A stretch of DNA of 64,000 bases from a virus. The DNA lies in the IMG/VR virus record IMGVR_UViG_3300025120_000017, positions 107,835 to 171,834 of that record; one strand, given 5' to 3'. The notes under the pieces were generated by a model. That model did not search any database and was not told the DNA's origin. It worked only from the letters and a program-made list of their open reading frames with translations. Below, one piece after another: positions 1-10,485 of this stretch (the first letter of the stretch is position 1; the number at the start of each line of letters is the position of its first letter). Position numbers and translations under genes: made by a program.

Positions 1-488
1 GGAGGTGGAGCTCCTGCCACTGCAAGACCATTATATAAAAATGATATAGTTTTTGCATGTCCGCTAAAGACATTAAATAATGCGCTTGTTATATTATCAT
101 AATCAGCGCTTTCTTCAAATAGAGGCAATGTAGGTGGTATTGGAGGTGTTGATATTGTGACTACTCCTGAATCAACTAAAGACATTCCAATTGTAGGAAT
201 AGCAGGTAGTTTAAGACTACCTGTTGCCCATGCAGCAATAAGAGATGCTTCTATTAAAGTAAATTGCATGTATGATCCTGGAATAGATTCAGATAATTTA
301 ATTTGTGCTACTATTGCACTTTTGATGAGTGTATAATTAATTCCACTCCATCTGTTCATATTTGAATCTTTACCATTGCTGACAGCATCTTTATAATTAT
401 CAACAATAAGACCAGCAACATCTACTATGCTGCCAGAATTATTTAAGTTATCTTTAAATGATTGTTCTAAATCAGATTTTAGGCCCAC
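1..488 (-). CDS. Partial hypothetical virion/baseplate-region protein (runs off the window start; not in the ORF track)
   Basis: Manual translation from GTG at 488 (MGLKSDLEQSFKDNLNNSGS...LAVAGAPP) is open to the window edge and lies directly downstream of the 492 ORF. Confidence 0.7.
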   Translation of the reverse strand, partial: MGLKSDLEQSFKDNLNNSGSIVDVAGLIVDNYKDAVSNGKDSNMNRWSGINYTLIKSAIVAQIKLSESIPGSYMQFTLIEASLIAAWATGSLKLPAIPTIGMSLVDSGVVTISTPPIPPTLPLFEESADYDNITSALFNVFSGHAKTISFLYNGLAVAGAPP

Positions 489-491
489 CGT

Positions 492-1475
492 TTATTTAAG
501 TTTAGTTAATAAATCAGACCATAAATCAACTCTTGAAATATCAGGAAAGTTATATCCTGATTTTTTTCCTCTCATATCTTCAACACCGACTTCTTTTTCA
601 AGATGCTTTATAACCATTTTAGTAATATCTTTATCGTTAAAACGTATAATAGGCTTTTCCATTATAGGTGAATAAGGACCTCCATACATATTATATTGAC
701 CTTCTTGAATAGCAAATATTTCTTTACCAAATTTTGTTTTACCTTTTACTTTAAAAGTGTTGCTGCTCCACTCTATATAGCCTTCTAATAGATCCAACTC
801 AGCAGCAATTTGACTAGCTGCATCCTCTTCACTACTGTTATATTCTGCCCAAAGGGATCTATCAATATCATACTCTACGTTAATCTCTGCAGGAATCATT
901 ATTTTATCTCTTAAAACTCCTTCATTAACTGATTCCATTTTACCAGATGATAGGTCTTTAAGATCTTTATTAGCATTATCTATGTTTTTACTTTCTCTTT
1001 TGAATATTCCAATAAATTTCTTAACAACACTTTTTAAACCTTGTATCATTTTAGAAAGAATATTTTCATCGATACTTTCAGATTCATTTGTTCCTATTTC
1101 AAAAGAATGTCCTATATTGGTTATCTTTTTAGAAGCTGCTAAAGATTCTTCTAATATGTTTCTTGTTGCTGAATTAACTTTACCTAAAGCCATTTCAAAC
1201 GCATTCTTATACGAAGCTGAACTTCTCTCATGTGCAAATCTTTTAATCTTTATCAAATAATCATCAGTTTCTGCTAGCTTTTCACCAGTTTCCTGCATTG
1301 AATCCAATAAAGGTGTTATTTGCTTACCATATTCACCAAATTGTTTTTTAGCTTCTTTAAGCTTTGCTGATAGTTGATTAATCTCTTCTTGTAAAAGATA
1401 AAAATCATCCATTGATGCAACAATTGAAGGGTCTTCTATTTTAGATTCTTTTATAAAATTTCGTAAACTTTTCAT
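492..1475 (-). CDS. Putative internal head protein with capsid-targeting-like N-terminus
   Basis: Starts MKSLRNFIKE; internal ESIDE/ESVNE sites; late-promoter-like motif upstream. Confidence 0.55.
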   Translation of the reverse strand: MKSLRNFIKESKIEDPSIVASMDDFYLLQEEINQLSAKLKEAKKQFGEYGKQITPLLDSMQETGEKLAETDDYLIKIKRFAHERSSASYKNAFEMALGKVNSATRNILEESLAASKKITNIGHSFEIGTNESESIDENILSKMIQGLKSVVKKFIGIFKRESKNIDNANKDLKDLSSGKMESVNEGVLRDKIMIPAEINVEYDIDRSLWAEYNSSEEDAASQIAAELDLLEGYIEWSSNTFKVKGKTKFGKEIFAIQEGQYNMYGGPYSPIMEKPIIRFNDKDITKMVIKHLEKEVGVEDMRGKKSGYNFPDISRVDLWSDLLTKLK

Positions 1476-1501
1476 TTTAACTCATTTCTTTTTATATTTA
1501 A

Positions 1502-2245
1502 TCACTCAGGATCAATCGTAACCAATTTACTTTTAAAGTTTACAAAATCTGTTTTAAATTTGCTTGCTAATGCGGCCCAATTAGGCGATGAACCTATTGG
1601 ACCACTAGGTCCTGTGGGTGTTGGTATTGCTGATATCTTAGCCAATTCAGTTATAAATGAATTAAGTAACTCTTCAAGAGTATCTCCTAATACTGCAGGC
1701 TCTGCAGATATATCTTCAGAACCAATGCTAATGCCATTATCGCTAATATGAATAGATTTTTGCGTCTTTCCATTAGATAATAAAATACTTTCATCTTCAT
1801 TTTTAATTTGAATATATGTTAAGTTTTTTCTTATTATCAATCCTTGAGTTTCTGTATAAAAAATTTCAAGAGTCCTTTCTTCTCCTGGGGTACCTTCACC
1901 ATCTTCTCCTAGTTTTTTATCATACATTAATGACCATACTTTAGGATAATCTTCACCGTATTCCGCTAAGAGGTCTTCAGAGTTTTTTATAGTTGTAAAA
2001 TAAAATGGAACATAGTCATCATCATTCTCAAAAAACGTATTAATTATATCACCTACTTTAGGTATTATACAAGTTCCTGTGCTTAGTTGATTATATGGAA
2101 TAGCCCAAGGAATTACGCCCTCTTCAAGCTCATCATATTTAGAAAAGATTTTAATTTTAACTCTACCTAATTGAAGCGGGTCATCTGTTCTAATAACTTC
2201 TCCAATCCAAATAGTACCAACAAGGACATCTTTAAAATACTTCAT
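1502..2245 (-). CDS. Baseplate central spike, T4 gp5/VgrG-like OB-fold protein
   Basis: WIGEVIRTDDPLQLGRVKIKIF...IPWAIP...IPKVGDII signature; C-terminal PTPTGPSGP. Confidence 0.8.
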   Translation of the reverse strand: MKYFKDVLVGTIWIGEVIRTDDPLQLGRVKIKIFSKYDELEEGVIPWAIPYNQLSTGTCIIPKVGDIINTFFENDDDYVPFYFTTIKNSEDLLAEYGEDYPKVWSLMYDKKLGEDGEGTPGEERTLEIFYTETQGLIIRKNLTYIQIKNEDESILLSNGKTQKSIHISDNGISIGSEDISAEPAVLGDTLEELLNSFITELAKISAIPTPTGPSGPIGSSPNWAALASKFKTDFVNFKSKLVTIDPE

Positions 2246-3492
2246 TAATCATTTATATTTTGTATGAATGTAGGAGTTTCACCATCTAGTAAATTATTAC
2301 CTAATTCATCAATCTTACTTCTTACACCAGCAGCACCTGCACTTACTATACTTCCTGCACTAAATCCATATACATTTCCTAAGAACAATGAACTAAGCCC
2401 AGCTGTTACTGCATTTGTTACTGAAGCTAATGCATCTTTTTTAAGGTCTTCTATAAACCCTTCTGTTGCATTTTTAAGTTCATCTGCTGCTTTTGCTTTT
2501 GCTTTTGCTATTTCATCTTTTAAGTTAAATGCATCGCTAGCACCGTCTACATTAGAAGATGTTTGAATTCCACCTCCACCTAATAAGCTTTTATTAAATT
2601 CGCCTAGACCACCTCCGCTTAAATTTGTTATAATGTTATTTACATAATCTTTAACATACCAGAATTTTTTATCATCTGATTTATATAACATGCTAAGTAT
2701 TTTAAATAGATTACTTTCTTCTACTAATTCATAATCAAATATTAAACTTTGTTGAGCTGCTTCATTACCTCCATTATTAATTGAACTAAATAAATCTCCA
2801 CCTGAGCCCATGTTAATTTCAACAAATGAAAAATCAAACATAAATTGGCTATACTCAAATTCACTTTCGCCAAAAAATGTTTTATTTACTTCTTCTGAGT
2901 TTGAATTAGGTTTAGGTTCAACGCCATCAATCTTATCACCTGCAAGAGATTGCATAAATGTTCTATTATCATAAACCATCACGCCCATTTCAAAATGTCT
3001 TAGGTTATCTGTTAGTACTTCTCTCTTATGTACCCAATCATATGTAGCTTTTCTGTATAAATCAACTAGTGCACTCATTCTTAAGTCTAAAGATTCTATG
3101 CATGCTATTGTAATTTGTCCTTTAATTTCAGGTTTTTCTATTTCAGCTCGTCTTTTCCAACATTCATCTAATCCTGTTATTGATTGAAAGTACCACGGAT
3201 ATTCCTTATTAATCTTTTGTAGTAAATTAACAAAAGTATCAAGCATTTTAAACCTAGTAGTGTCTCCTATTTGATTTAAGTAATATCTAGCAGAATTTGA
3301 ATTTGATGCTGCGCCTAATAATCCACCATGATTAGAATCATTAATTCCTCTAAAAAATAACTTAAATCCTAAATATGTAGGGTCTTCAAACTGTGCTAAA
3401 GTATCTTTAGAATTAGTTCGAGTTTTAAACTTACTAAGATCTTCATTCTTTATATAATTAACGCCGTTTGTATTTTTACTCTCAATTCCCAT
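2245..3492 (-). CDS. Putative baseplate/tail tube-associated protein
   Basis: Position in baseplate cluster; ITIACIESLDLRM segment reminiscent of tube-fold proteins. Confidence 0.45.
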   Translation of the reverse strand: MGIESKNTNGVNYIKNEDLSKFKTRTNSKDTLAQFEDPTYLGFKLFFRGINDSNHGGLLGAASNSNSARYYLNQIGDTTRFKMLDTFVNLLQKINKEYPWYFQSITGLDECWKRRAEIEKPEIKGQITIACIESLDLRMSALVDLYRKATYDWVHKREVLTDNLRHFEMGVMVYDNRTFMQSLAGDKIDGVEPKPNSNSEEVNKTFFGESEFEYSQFMFDFSFVEINMGSGGDLFSSINNGGNEAAQQSLIFDYELVEESNLFKILSMLYKSDDKKFWYVKDYVNNIITNLSGGGLGEFNKSLLGGGGIQTSSNVDGASDAFNLKDEIAKAKAKAADELKNATEGFIEDLKKDALASVTNAVTAGLSSLFLGNVYGFSAGSIVSAGAAGVRSKIDELGNNLLDGETPTFIQNIND

Positions 3493-3496
3493 TTAA

Positions 3497-4957
3497 TTAT
3501 TTACTTTGATTTATATTACCTCCTGGATAAGGCATTGGCCATTCTCTTCTTATAAGGTATACAATTTGAGCAAATGAGCCATCTTTTTGCCAAACAATAT
3601 CATAATCTTTAACAACATACCACCCAGATAAGAAATTATCAATTAAGTATCCCTGTGGATCAGTGTATGCTTCTTCAGTTTTTTGCTCTCTCCCTGCTAG
3701 TTCATCACCTGCAGCTCTCCTATCTTTTGCTTGCTGACCTTGCTTAAATATTGATATTGGAATGCTTTTATATTTTAAAATACTACTTGAAATTCCATTA
3801 AGAGCAATAACAAGTCCCATTTTATTTATTTCTGTATTATTTTGATAGTTTTGTATTTTAGCATAGTGATAATTAGGATGTAAACTGCCTTCATTATCTG
3901 TACTATATCTTCTGCCAAAATATTTATATTTTATTTGATTTTCATAACTATTATCACCTGCTTTACCTTTAAGAATTACATTATCCGTTTCAGCACCTTG
4001 TGTTGTTAAAGGATCAACAAAAAAACTCTCAAATTCATTAGTGTCCATATTAAAAGAATCTGCAAATCTTTTATATCCATTTCTCATCCAAATATCTCCT
4101 GCATTGTTAAAAAGTGAATATGACATAATAAAAGATGAACTAGTTTGCATGTTTTTATGATTACTTAACATAAACTTTTCTTGTACTCCTTCAGGCCCAT
4201 CATTATCCTTGTCTTGATTTGAAAAAGTTGCCGCATCATAATCACCGCTTTGTAATGGGCCTTCTGTTTGAAAGCAACTATTTACATTTACAAAATTTAA
4301 GTAATACCATAAATCTACATAAGAAGTAAAAAAAGAATCCTCATCTTTATATGATGCATCAGTGGTCTTTTGTATAAATTCCTGTATTGTATTTTTTGCA
4401 TTAAATCTAGGCATCTGGTCAGCTGTATCAGTTACATTGCTGGCAAACCCTAACTGTAATGAATCACATATATCTAATAAATGATTATATGAGCTCCCAC
4501 TAGGAAACGATATACTAATATCACTTAATAAGTCAGGAATTTTCATTATACCTGACATTTTATAATTAGTCCCTTCTTTTCGTTGATTTGATTTAATGTT
4601 AAGAATATCAAAATCTATTCTTATTTTTTTAAATTTATCATTATTAGGACTTCTCATATATACCTCAATAAGATCACCATCTTTTGGAAAATCTGCATCA
4701 AGCATATCATCTGGATCCAAGAACTGGATCATAAGAGTTGGCCTAAATCCTATAGTACTTAGTTTAAATTTAATGATATTATTATATGTTAACCTATACC
4801 CATTAATTTTCACAAATGGGTTGGCATACCCTATAAGTTTAGAGTCATCAGGAGAGTCTCCACTTTTTTCATTATAGTTTTCCTTTATAGGAGAAGGCTT
4901 TAACTTAGGCTCTTTGACTGTAAGTACATTAGATGTATTATTTCCTAATATTGACAT
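3497..4957 (-). CDS. Putative baseplate hub protein (gp27-like)
   Basis: Lies between the gp53-like and gp5-like genes; C-terminal FLSGWYVVKDYDI motif typical of hub proteins. Confidence 0.5.
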   Translation of the reverse strand: MSILGNNTSNVLTVKEPKLKPSPIKENYNEKSGDSPDDSKLIGYANPFVKINGYRLTYNNIIKFKLSTIGFRPTLMIQFLDPDDMLDADFPKDGDLIEVYMRSPNNDKFKKIRIDFDILNIKSNQRKEGTNYKMSGIMKIPDLLSDISISFPSGSSYNHLLDICDSLQLGFASNVTDTADQMPRFNAKNTIQEFIQKTTDASYKDEDSFFTSYVDLWYYLNFVNVNSCFQTEGPLQSGDYDAATFSNQDKDNDGPEGVQEKFMLSNHKNMQTSSSFIMSYSLFNNAGDIWMRNGYKRFADSFNMDTNEFESFFVDPLTTQGAETDNVILKGKAGDNSYENQIKYKYFGRRYSTDNEGSLHPNYHYAKIQNYQNNTEINKMGLVIALNGISSSILKYKSIPISIFKQGQQAKDRRAAGDELAGREQKTEEAYTDPQGYLIDNFLSGWYVVKDYDIVWQKDGSFAQIVYLIRREWPMPYPGGNINQSK

Positions 4958-4959
4958 AT

Positions 4960-5466
4960 TTATAATTTAATTCCACCATTTTTAATTTCTAAATTACTTT
5001 CTCCTGTTTTTAATGCATTAGGAGCAACATTTTCTTTAGATCCATTTTTAGTACTTTTTGATATTTGTGCAATAGCTTTAAGCCTATTATCATCTTTCTT
5101 TGATTTTTTGCTTGGGTCTATGTACTTACTATTAATTTGTGAATTGATAGCTTCTTTAGATGGATTAACATAAAAGTTTTTTGCAGGTTGTAATGCAGGA
5201 ACTAAAATAAGCATGCCTTCTCTAATAGATAAAGGATCACTTATTTCATTGCATTTAAGTAATATATCAACATAATCATCAGTCCCATATAATGAAAAGC
5301 ATAATAGATCAGGTCTCTTATCATATTCATTAGTGACAATAATTCTTTTAGTTATTACAAAATCTTTAGTGTCATATCCAGGTACATATGTAGGTTCAGC
5401 AAAATCTATCATTTCTACATCATCTTTTATAATTTTAATTTTATTGTCTACTGTGTCTATCTTCAT
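4960..5466 (-). CDS. Baseplate wedge protein, gp53/LysM-like
   Basis: RPDLLCFSLYGTDDYVDILLKCNEISDPLSIREGMLILVP. Confidence 0.75.
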   Translation of the reverse strand: MKIDTVDNKIKIIKDDVEMIDFAEPTYVPGYDTKDFVITKRIIVTNEYDKRPDLLCFSLYGTDDYVDILLKCNEISDPLSIREGMLILVPALQPAKNFYVNPSKEAINSQINSKYIDPSKKSKKDDNRLKAIAQISKSTKNGSKENVAPNALKTGESNLEIKNGGIKL

Positions 5467-5481
5467 TATGTAAATATTTTT

Positions 5482-7089
5482 TTAAGCAGTTTTAATTGCT
5501 GGAAACTTCTCTTGATATACTCCTGCTACGAACTTTGAAGCTGTTTCTGCTGTATCTATTGTATTATTAGCTGTTTGTAAAGGAGTAACCGTTTTACCAC
5601 CGCCACCTGATGCTGATCTATTTCTATAATATGACTTATCAGCAAAATCTACATCAGATCCATAATACCTATGACCACCATAATTAAACATTTTTTGTAT
5701 TGCATATTTATCTCTTGGCATAGCATGTTTAAGCTTACATGATACAATTATTGCACTAGGAACATCATCTATAGTAAAAGGACCTTCAAAACTAATTGAA
5801 GAATCTTCTAGAGCAAGGTTACCGATCATCATGGTTGGGTTAAAGGGATTACCTACTGTTAGATGCCACTCTCCTGTGCTTTGTGCAGTTAAAAGTGAAT
5901 GTAAGCTATGCATTTCAGGTCTTCCTAATTTATCAAGGCCACCTCCTACTAATTTAGCCATTGAATTACCTCCTAAAGTTTTTCCTAAGTTTCCCATGCT
6001 TTCCATAAATCCACCACTGAATGCATTTGTGAATGTACTCTTAAGATCTTTTGCAAATGATTTTAAAAAACCTACGGTATCCCCACTTCGTAATTTACTA
6101 AAATCTCCAATAGGAGTAGCAAATCCCCCACCTCCTGTAAATCTAACAGCTCCTCCCCAAAACGGCGCTTTACTAGAAGTCATGTTTAGTATGTTACCTA
6201 GAATATCTTGAAATGCTGCTCGTGTATTTATGCCATCATATGAACGAATCTTATACTTGAATTTAACATCAAGGTTATGTTCAAATTTTAATCCACGTGA
6301 TCTAGTATAAATAGAATCTATAACATCTATAGGACCCCATGTAAAATTATCTTGATGACTTGTATATGGGTCAAAGTCTGTTGCTGCCTGTCCTTGAAGC
6401 TTTTCTTTAGCATATCTACCATCTGAATTGAATAATCCTGCTATGTTATTTAGTTTTTTGTTACCAAATGCAGTTTTTCCTCTTTCTATTGTTTGGATTT
6501 CAGATTTGAATTCTTTCCAGTTATATCCTACAGAAAAACTAAACATAGATTCCATTGTATTATCTTCACCATCAATATAACTAATTAGCCTACTTACATC
6601 TCTTGAAGGATTTTCTAATTGATTTTTTAAATTATCTCCACATGGGTTACTAAACCTACGAAGAGTTATCATATAATTATTAGGTATTTTACCATATTTA
6701 GCAGGAAAAAGAAAATCACCTTCTTTATATTGCATTGCATGATCTACAAAATTTTCTCCAAATTCTTTTACTATATTACTGCCTGTTGGGTTTTTTAAAC
6801 CAGTAGCAACATTATTATTAAAGTAATCAGTTGGAGTTCCATAAAAATCAGAGTTTGCATTACCTTGATCATTAAATTTATTAAAGTGTATGACAGATAA
6901 GCTATGTAAAAGAGATTCTCTCCCTTTAATAGGAGGCATATTTTGATTTAGCTTTTCTCCTTTTTTACCATATTTCTTTCCTTCAGGTATATCCTTTTCA
7001 GGAGAATCTCTCCATTTCTGTCTTATTAGAGATCCTGATCCACTTTTATTTAATTTATCTAGGCTTGAATATAATACTTTAGTACTCAT
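5482..7089 (-). CDS. Putative baseplate/tail-tube initiator protein
   Basis: First gene of the baseplate block, behind a late promoter; Gly-rich central part. Confidence 0.4.
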   Translation of the reverse strand: MSTKVLYSSLDKLNKSGSGSLIRQKWRDSPEKDIPEGKKYGKKGEKLNQNMPPIKGRESLLHSLSVIHFNKFNDQGNANSDFYGTPTDYFNNNVATGLKNPTGSNIVKEFGENFVDHAMQYKEGDFLFPAKYGKIPNNYMITLRRFSNPCGDNLKNQLENPSRDVSRLISYIDGEDNTMESMFSFSVGYNWKEFKSEIQTIERGKTAFGNKKLNNIAGLFNSDGRYAKEKLQGQAATDFDPYTSHQDNFTWGPIDVIDSIYTRSRGLKFEHNLDVKFKYKIRSYDGINTRAAFQDILGNILNMTSSKAPFWGGAVRFTGGGGFATPIGDFSKLRSGDTVGFLKSFAKDLKSTFTNAFSGGFMESMGNLGKTLGGNSMAKLVGGGLDKLGRPEMHSLHSLLTAQSTGEWHLTVGNPFNPTMMIGNLALEDSSISFEGPFTIDDVPSAIIVSCKLKHAMPRDKYAIQKMFNYGGHRYYGSDVDFADKSYYRNRSASGGGGKTVTPLQTANNTIDTAETASKFVAGVYQEKFPAIKTA

Positions 7090-7132
7090 AGAGAAAAGAT
7101 GTATTTATATTATTTATTATACATCTTTCTCT
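7090..7132 (-). promoter_or_regulatory. Late promoter (ATAAATA/TATAAATA) inside a ~14-bp hairpin abutting the start codon
   Basis: Minus strand AGAGAAAGATGTAT-aataaataatataa-ATACATCTTTTCTCT-ATG. Confidence 0.7.
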
Positions 7133-7920
7133 CGTTTTCTTGTGTTGGTTGATTTCTTTTCAGTAAATGACTTTCTACTTTTAGTGAATTCCATTCTTCG
7201 GTATCTTCTATTTAAAATATAATCATCAAAAAATGTTGATAGTTTATCATTATGTATAAAATGCTCAAAATCAGGACCAAGCTCTTCAAGTAGGGATATT
7301 ATTAAAGGTCTTGCTAATTTAAAAAACTTAGAAGTACTTGGCGTGTATATTTTAGCATTTGACTGCCTTAATGCATCATTACACATTAGGTTATGTAAGT
7401 CTCTTAGCTTATTACATAATGTTATTGTAGACATTTTAGTGCAATATTCAGCACATATGTGTAGCTTATCAAATACAAATGCTTCATTTACTAAAAATGT
7501 AAATTTTTCACTGTGATTTCTAAAAAATGTACTATATTTTGAAAAGTCAAAATATTTATCAGTTTCTTCAACTAATTCATAATCAGTAAAGCTAAATTTT
7601 CTAGTGTACTCGTTTAGGTCTTTAGGATCATTTGAAGTAACTGATTTAAACCAATTATTATGAAAAAAATCTTTTAAGATTTCTCTCTTATCAAATCCTG
7701 TGTGTATTTTTATAGCATATTCAACAGTATAGTCTGTGTTATCTACATGATATAGAACTTCGCCTGAAAACATCTTAAAATTATCAGACTCATTAAACGG
7801 GTATAAAATAAAAAATACTTTATCACCTTTTTTAAATATAGTATCACTTAAGATTTCTTTAGTATAATAATTTTCTCTAAAAGTTTTAAGTTTCTTTGAT
7901 CCTTTAGTTGGTTTAGACAT
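7117..7920 (-). CDS. Hypothetical protein
   Basis: 267-aa ORF in a tight minus-strand run. Confidence 0.7.
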   Translation of the reverse strand: MSKPTKGSKKLKTFRENYYTKEILSDTIFKKGDKVFFILYPFNESDNFKMFSGEVLYHVDNTDYTVEYAIKIHTGFDKREILKDFFHNNWFKSVTSNDPKDLNEYTRKFSFTDYELVEETDKYFDFSKYSTFFRNHSEKFTFLVNEAFVFDKLHICAEYCTKMSTITLCNKLRDLHNLMCNDALRQSNAKIYTPSTSKFFKLARPLIISLLEELGPDFEHFIHNDKLSTFFDDYILNRRYRRMEFTKSRKSFTEKKSTNTRKREKDV

Positions 7921-8303
7921 TCTTGTTCTTTTTTAGTTATTTCTTCAATAGGTAAAAAGCATATTTCAGTATTTATAGAACCTGCCTTATATGCATTTAT
8001 TTTTTTACTTACTTCTGTTATTATGCTTTCAAAAAGATCTTTGTCTATACGAGATACGTAATAATATATAAAAAAACATGGAGTTCTTTTATTGGTAAGC
8101 ATATTCTTGACAGATGTATTTATCTTGGCAAATACATCTGTCTGTAATACTAGGTTACTCTGATCTTCATCAAATATTGTGTATTTTTGATGAGATGCTT
8201 GAATATCTTCATAGCTAATTAAAACACTGTTTTTTGATTTTTTTAAATATGTTTTAAACTGCTTATTGTTTTTAGCATATGTTATTATAAAAAACTTATT
8301 CAT
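7848..8303 (-). CDS. Hypothetical protein
   Basis: 151-aa ORF; its 3' end overlaps the next gene. Confidence 0.6.
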   Translation of the reverse strand: MNKFFIITYAKNNKQFKTYLKKSKNSVLISYEDIQASHQKYTIFDEDQSNLVLQTDVFAKINTSVKNMLTNKRTPCFFIYYYVSRIDKDLFESIITEVSKKINAYKAGSINTEICFLPIEEITKKEQECLNQLKDQRNLKLLEKIIILKKS

Positions 8304-8308
8304 ATTTA

Positions 8309-8530
8309 TTATGTGTCATCTTCTACACTATCATCTGTTTTAAGATCATGTAATTGCTCATCTGTTAGCGTAGAAGATTCTTCTGATTTTCTAAGCTGTT
8401 CAGAAACATGTCTTCTATGCAAATCTTTCCCGATTTTCTTAACCTCTTTCTTTGCTTTATGATATTCAGCAATATTAGTCTTTTTTAACCACTTAAGGTA
8501 CTCTCTTCTCTGTGCTCTGGTTGTTTTCAT
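8309..8530 (-). CDS. Small basic hypothetical protein
   Basis: 73 aa, MKTTRAQRREYLK. Confidence 0.6.
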   Translation of the reverse strand: MKTTRAQRREYLKWLKKTNIAEYHKAKKEVKKIGKDLHRRHVSEQLRKSEESSTLTDEQLHDLKTDDSVEDDT

Positions 8531-9047
8531 CTTCTGTTTTTATTAACTGTTCTATCCATGCATTAATAGTGTTATGTACATTTTCTTTTATATCATCTGA
8601 TATCTTATTTTTTATATACACGTTTAACTCATTTTTTAAATCTTCACCATATGCATCTATAAGTATTTCTAGAGCTGCTTTTTTAGGTAATGATACTGAA
8701 AAATTCATTTTAATATCAACACTTTCATATGATTTTATTTTATCTAATATATCTGTAAATATTGAATCGTTTTTAGGAGATGGGTAATCGCTAGGATTAA
8801 GTGATCCTGTTTTAATTTCTAGTTCCTTTACAAACTTCTCAGTGTCTTCTACGTCAAGTTCACTTATTTCAGCTATAAGAGATAAGTATTCTTTAGTTAA
8901 TGATTGATTTATTCGCCTTCCACTAACAAACTCAACAAATCTCATAGATCCTTGTGTTACTTCAGTGTTTTTAACAATTTCTTCTTGACCAAAGTTTTCG
9001 CCTTTAATCCATTCATATTTATTGCCAACCTTAATTCCTTGTAGCAT
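8493..9047 (-). CDS. Hypothetical protein
   Basis: 184-aa ORF. Confidence 0.65.
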   Translation of the reverse strand: MLQGIKVGNKYEWIKGENFGQEEIVKNTEVTQGSMRFVEFVSGRRINQSLTKEYLSLIAEISELDVEDTEKFVKELEIKTGSLNPSDYPSPKNDSIFTDILDKIKSYESVDIKMNFSVSLPKKAALEILIDAYGEDLKNELNVYIKNKISDDIKENVHNTINAWIEQLIKTEDENNQSTEKRVP

Positions 9048-9090
9048 ATTATTATAGTTTAATGATTATAAAATATATAATAGATAAAAA

Positions 9091-9756
9091 TTAACATATG
9101 ATTATTCTTCTTCTTGAAGAACCTCCACCACTTAGACCTTTTATTTCAACCCTATCTAAAGATACATTACCACTCGTAGATGTTGCTCTTAAACTTATTG
9201 TACCAGCACTATGTCCAGCATCAGCACTAATTGCACCAGTTGCTACTTGTCTGTTTGTATTGTGGGTAGTAAAAGTCCTATTTGTTCCTTGTGGAATTTG
9301 TTGTGTAAGGATTTGATTAATAGAACATGATGTAATCATTATTAGTGAATCCTCTTCAACTGTTAAATTTTGAGTGTTTGGTGTTGCTTGACCACCCGTT
9401 CTTGTGTATGCTCCAATACCACCGCTATCGGTAAAACTTCTTATGTGAACAGATACTGGATTCCACATGTTTTGATTAAAACTTACTACAACATTATGAG
9501 TTCCAGTAGGAGGGTCTACTAAATAAAAGAAAGACATTCTTTGTCCTAATCCACCTCTATTAGTGCTATGTAATTGTGTTAATGAAACTCCATTGTAAGT
9601 ACATGGATTACTGCCTAACCCAACATTATTTGCATGAGTTATTTGAACAACAAGTAATCTATTGTTCCCTGTATTTTGATTATGTGAATAACTTTTAGAA
9701 TATCCCGAAGGCGTAGCATTACTATTTGTTACATTTCCTTTAGTTGGAGCTGCCAT
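9091..9756 (-). CDS. Putative virion/tail-fibre accessory beta-rich protein
   Basis: Thr/Ser/Asn/Gly-rich; last gene of the fibre block. Confidence 0.5.
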   Translation of the reverse strand: MAAPTKGNVTNSNATPSGYSKSYSHNQNTGNNRLLVVQITHANNVGLGSNPCTYNGVSLTQLHSTNRGGLGQRMSFFYLVDPPTGTHNVVVSFNQNMWNPVSVHIRSFTDSGGIGAYTRTGGQATPNTQNLTVEEDSLIMITSCSINQILTQQIPQGTNRTFTTHNTNRQVATGAISADAGHSAGTISLRATSTSGNVSLDRVEIKGLSGGGSSRRRIIIC

Positions 9757-9757
9757 A

Positions 9758-10042
9758 TTATAAATCGTTTATGTCTTTAATTTCAATTAAATTTCTTCCT
9801 TCTAGTGTATTTACTTCCGTTCTTGCCTCATTTACTGAATCAATATCATTAAAAAATGTATTTATTGATACCTCTCCCAGTTCTAACTTGGTTCTGTTTT
9901 CTCCTAAAAAAACTCCTAAAGTACTATCATATTGTTCATTTATTTCATTTGCGATGTTAACATCTTCGGTATATCCGACATCTGTATATTTAAGAGAATC
10001 GGTTCCTTCCAATTCTATTTTGCTGATTATATAGTATTTCAT
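9758..10042 (-). CDS. Hypothetical protein (fibre module)
   Basis: 94-aa acidic ORF. Confidence 0.6.
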   Translation of the reverse strand: MKYYIISKIELEGTDSLKYTDVGYTEDVNIANEINEQYDSTLGVFLGENRTKLELGEVSINTFFNDIDSVNEARTEVNTLEGRNLIEIKDINDL

Positions 10043-10065
10043 TTTGTGTCGATTGTTATTTTAAA

Positions 10066-10461
10066 TTAATCTAAATAAGTTACTTCAACACTACCGACAC
10101 TAGGAAAAAATTCTTCAATGATTTGTTTACCGTAATTGCTCATTGCATAATGAAGAGCACTTAGTCCAGTTTTTCCACCATCAGAATATACATATTTGTC
10201 AGAACCATCTTCGTTTTCCATTTCAAAGTCTTGTCCCATAATATTTTTTTCTGAATCTGCAATTTTTAATTGAACGGTGTTATTAGAATTCCATTCATTA
10301 GCTTCTCCGTAACACCAATTAAAAGGTACATTAAAATTTTGAACAGTTTCTCTTCCTGTTCCTATGTTTCCTGGACAAGAAATTTTTCTTATTCCGGCTG
10401 CGTAAATATTAAGACCTCCGGCCTTAATTTCACAATCCTCTGTTAAAGTTATAGTTATCAT
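10066..10461 (-). CDS. Hypothetical protein, possible fibre assembly factor
   Basis: Small gene directly after the long fibre gene. Confidence 0.5.
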   Translation of the reverse strand: MITITLTEDCEIKAGGLNIYAAGIRKISCPGNIGTGRETVQNFNVPFNWCYGEANEWNSNNTVQLKIADSEKNIMGQDFEMENEDGSDKYVYSDGGKTGLSALHYAMSNYGKQIIEEFFPSVGSVEVTYLD

Positions 10462-10485
10462 ATCTTATTTATTTTTATTTATTTA

